From positions 35,030,001-35,094,000 of the forward strand of contig CM075977.1 in the NCBI GenBank assembly GCA_038087875.1: a stretch of 64,000 bases of DNA, written 5' to 3'. The DNA is from Malacoraja senta. Lineage: Eukaryota. Every line of letters begins with the position of its first letter. Position 1 is the first letter of the stretch. The position numbers and the translations under genes were made by a program. The notes beneath the pieces are model-generated. The model did not search any database and had not been told where the DNA came from. It was given only the letters and a program-made list of their open reading frames with translations. Shown in pieces: positions 61,351-64,000 of the stretch.

Positions 61351-61713
61351 ATCTGCAGTTCCTTCCTTCACAACTTATACAATCCGTCCTCATAATCATT
61401 GGAATAGTCAATAAAATTCTACTGACGTTGCAATGAACTCTTTTCCAAGAATGCACATTGTGTTTGCAAACATGATAGATATTATTCTATACATGATCTA
61501 ACCCCCAGTGGGCGACAGGAGTGTTTATCAGACAAAATTTAATGCTGAGACACATGCAGTACAGTAGGGTGTCTGACCAAGGGCTTGGGCGCAGGAAAAT
61601 TGCAGAACTACTGACACGGGGTCTGGAAACATTTTGCTTGTGATGCCGGGACCTAATTTTGCATCACTCTGGAGAATGATCATCGATCTCCATCTGAAGA
61701 AGATCATCAATCT

Positions 61714-61854
61714 TCAGCCTGAAGAAGGGTCGAGACACTCAACCCGAAACTTCACCCATTCCTTCTCTCCAAAGAAGCTGCCTGTCCCGCTGAGTTACTC
61801 CAACATTTTGTGTCTACCTTCGATTTAAACCAGCACCTGCAGTTCTTTCCGACA
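61714..61854 (+). mobile_element. Short Penelope-derived insertion headed by a minimal hammerhead core
   Basis: CTGAAGA-A-GGGT..ACCC-GAAAC-TTC at 61719-61753; 9-bp TSD CATCAATCT at 61705-61713 and 61855-61863. Confidence 0.75.
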
Positions 61855-62440
61855 CATCAATCTCTGTTCGCCTTGAATCAGACGTGCTCATTGAGCCTCA
61901 GTAAATATGGAACTTTTGACTCTGCAAATTCCCACACAGATGGTTAATTATAAACAAAATATCATAGCACATTTATTGTAGAAATCCCCAGAGTAATCGA
62001 GAGTTACAGCAATAAACCCGTTAATTGTAAAAAATGTTAAATTTATATACATCATTACCATTTTAGATAATTCTTTGACCTTCTTTCCTTTATCTTTTGA
62101 CACAAGGGCTAATTGATCAAAAATTACTGAACAATGTCTAAAAGAAACGTAAAACAATTCAAAAAACAGTACCTGGAATGAGTGTTCCTCACATAAATTC
62201 CTTGCATTAGATACATACAAATTTCAGAGATACATGAGGTTGTATAATTAAATTGTTTTTAATGCTAAAAGCATTTAAAAAAAATATAATTGCTGGGAAG
62301 GCCACCGTTTATTGCCCATCCCTCAGAAGATTTTCTGGAGGTTTTTTGAAATTCAGAAGGTGGATTAGGAGAATTCCTCTCCCCTCATTCTATTGGAAGG
62401 GCAACCAAAGAGAAAGGAAACAAGCTTAAATTCAGAACCA

Positions 62441-62537
62441 AAGACAGAACCAAAGTGATGGCGTAACTCAGCGGGTCAGGAAGCTTCACCAGAGAGAAAA
62501 AGATGGCTGATGTTTTGTGTTGGGACCCTTCTTCAGA
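62441..62537 (-). mobile_element. Short Penelope-derived insertion headed by a hammerhead-like core
   Basis: Minus strand begins tctgaagaagggtcccaacacaaaacatc; 16-bp TSD CTTAAATTCAGAACCA at 62425-62440 and 62538-62553. Confidence 0.75.
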
Positions 62538-63490
62538 CTTAAATTCAGAACCAGTTAATTGAGCAGAGAGCCAGCATCACTTCTGGTTTGGACAGCATCT
62601 GTGGGGAACTTAGTTCAGAAACTTCACCTCAGTGTAGCTGGCGCTTACTCAGCTTCAATTGTCACCTCATACGTCATGGGGGCATTTCTTACCTTGATTG
62701 TGAGCAGCAACTGGAGCTTTTGGAGGAAACACCTACAAGTGTCGTTGATAAAAACAGAAAATTAGAATAACATCATACAGGGATAGGGATTGTGATGAAA
62801 ACTTAATAGGTCTGCACTGCAACTTGAACCCACAATCTCCCTTCTTTAGTGTCCAATGGCAAGAATTATAAATGGAATGGAGAGAGAAAGTGGGGCTCCC
62901 CTTTAACGATCGTAAGCTTTCACTTAAAATTAAATCTGTAAGTTGCAATTTCCAGCTCCTTAATCAGCCCTCATGTTGCAGTGCCATGGGGCGTTGATAA
63001 ACCCACTTCATCATGGAGGATCATCAGACATACTGGAAAATGCCATGCCCCTCTCTCCCATATCCCCCCCCCCCCCATCTTCTTCGCATCTCTTCCTGTG
63101 GCCATTGAGTGGAGAATTGAGCTCCAGCTCAATTTCCTAGAGTTCATAGCAGTAACAATGCATCAAATACTAGCTTTGCATGCAGGAACTACTGAGGACC
63201 TGTTTTAATGCACAGACCTGTGTGCCAGATGGGAGAGTTTTTCTTTTAATGGGTTGTTGGCCTAATTTTGCAAATCTTTTCCAGTGGGATTTGATTGTGT
63301 GTTCAGGCTACATGAAACACATCTTTAGTGTAGCAAAACAATCTGACGCTGGCACAGAGTTCCTTGGTGCAGTCTCCATATAAAAGGTGGCAGAAGTGTG
63401 GAACACTTGCCAGGATGTGACTTGCCACTTAGATAATCATTCCATGTCTGAGGTTAATAGAGTTTTGATATGCAAGGATATTAAAGAATA

Positions 63491-63836
63491 CTAGACTGTG
63501 GGACACATTAGGGGGTGTGGGGGAGGGTTGGTGGGGGAGGGGGTGTTTGTGGGGGAGGGGGGTGTGTGGGGGAGGTGTGTGGGGGGAGGGGGGTGGGGTA
63601 GTGGGGGAAGGGGGGTGTGGGGGAAGGGGGTGTGGGGGAGGGGGAATCTCAAAATCTTCATACCTTTTGTACTATTTCATTGATCAGAACAAAACTTATT
63701 TGACTTGCAGCAGAGGAGAATGGTGAGTAAGGTGGCGAAAAATCGTAGCGCTATGGGGGATTGTTTTTGTGCAAATTTACTTACAACACAGACAGGAAGT
63801 GGTCAAGATGAGAGTTTTAGTAATAGTATAGATAGA
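63491..63836 (-). mobile_element. Non-autonomous Helitron (copy 3) with a G-rich interior, inserted in an old CR1 tail
   Basis: 5' TCTATCTATACTATTACTAAAACTCTCATCTTGACCACTTCCTG identical to copy 1; 3' CTAG at 63491-63494; A|T insertion site. Confidence 0.82.
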
Positions 63837-64000
63837 TGTGGCCAACAACAAACAATGGAATTAGGATATATACCTGTAAAAGATATTTCTAAATGGCAGG
63901 GCAGGCTCAAGGGGCTGAATCAAATAATAAAACACCAGAATAACTCAGTGGGTCAGTCAGCAGCTGTTAAGGCGAAAAGATGTGTCATCATTTGAGTTTA

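Overview
This is a gene-poor, repeat-dominated vertebrate genomic window. The CR1/HER1, HE1/V-SINE, DeuSINE, Rex-Babar and Penelope content points to a cartilaginous fish, probably a skate or ray (inference). I could not support any host protein-coding exon. It contains nested mobile elements: a BEL/Pao LTR retrotransposon (2820-8722, both LTRs and a 5-bp TSD), a decayed near full-length DIRS1-type tyrosine-recombinase retrotransposon (~24827-29440), many CR1 LINE copies (one with an intact ~799-codon ORF2), Rex/Babar, RTE, Tx1 and Penelope fragments, three non-autonomous Helitrons, three PIF/Harbinger MITEs, SINEs, two candidate solo LTRs and a 200-N gap. The most striking feature is the BEL/Pao element. 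It has lost most of pol but carries two pieces of host-derived cargo: (i) an intronless fragment resembling the nucleolar phosphoprotein Nopp140/NOLC1, lying in the gag frame at both junctions, and (ii) a tRNA-Asp(GTC) copy with an encoded CCA just upstream of the 3' LTR. Short Penelope-derived insertions that begin at a minimal hammerhead-ribozyme core and have their own TSDs are also notable. All family assignments come from motif recognition, not database searches.
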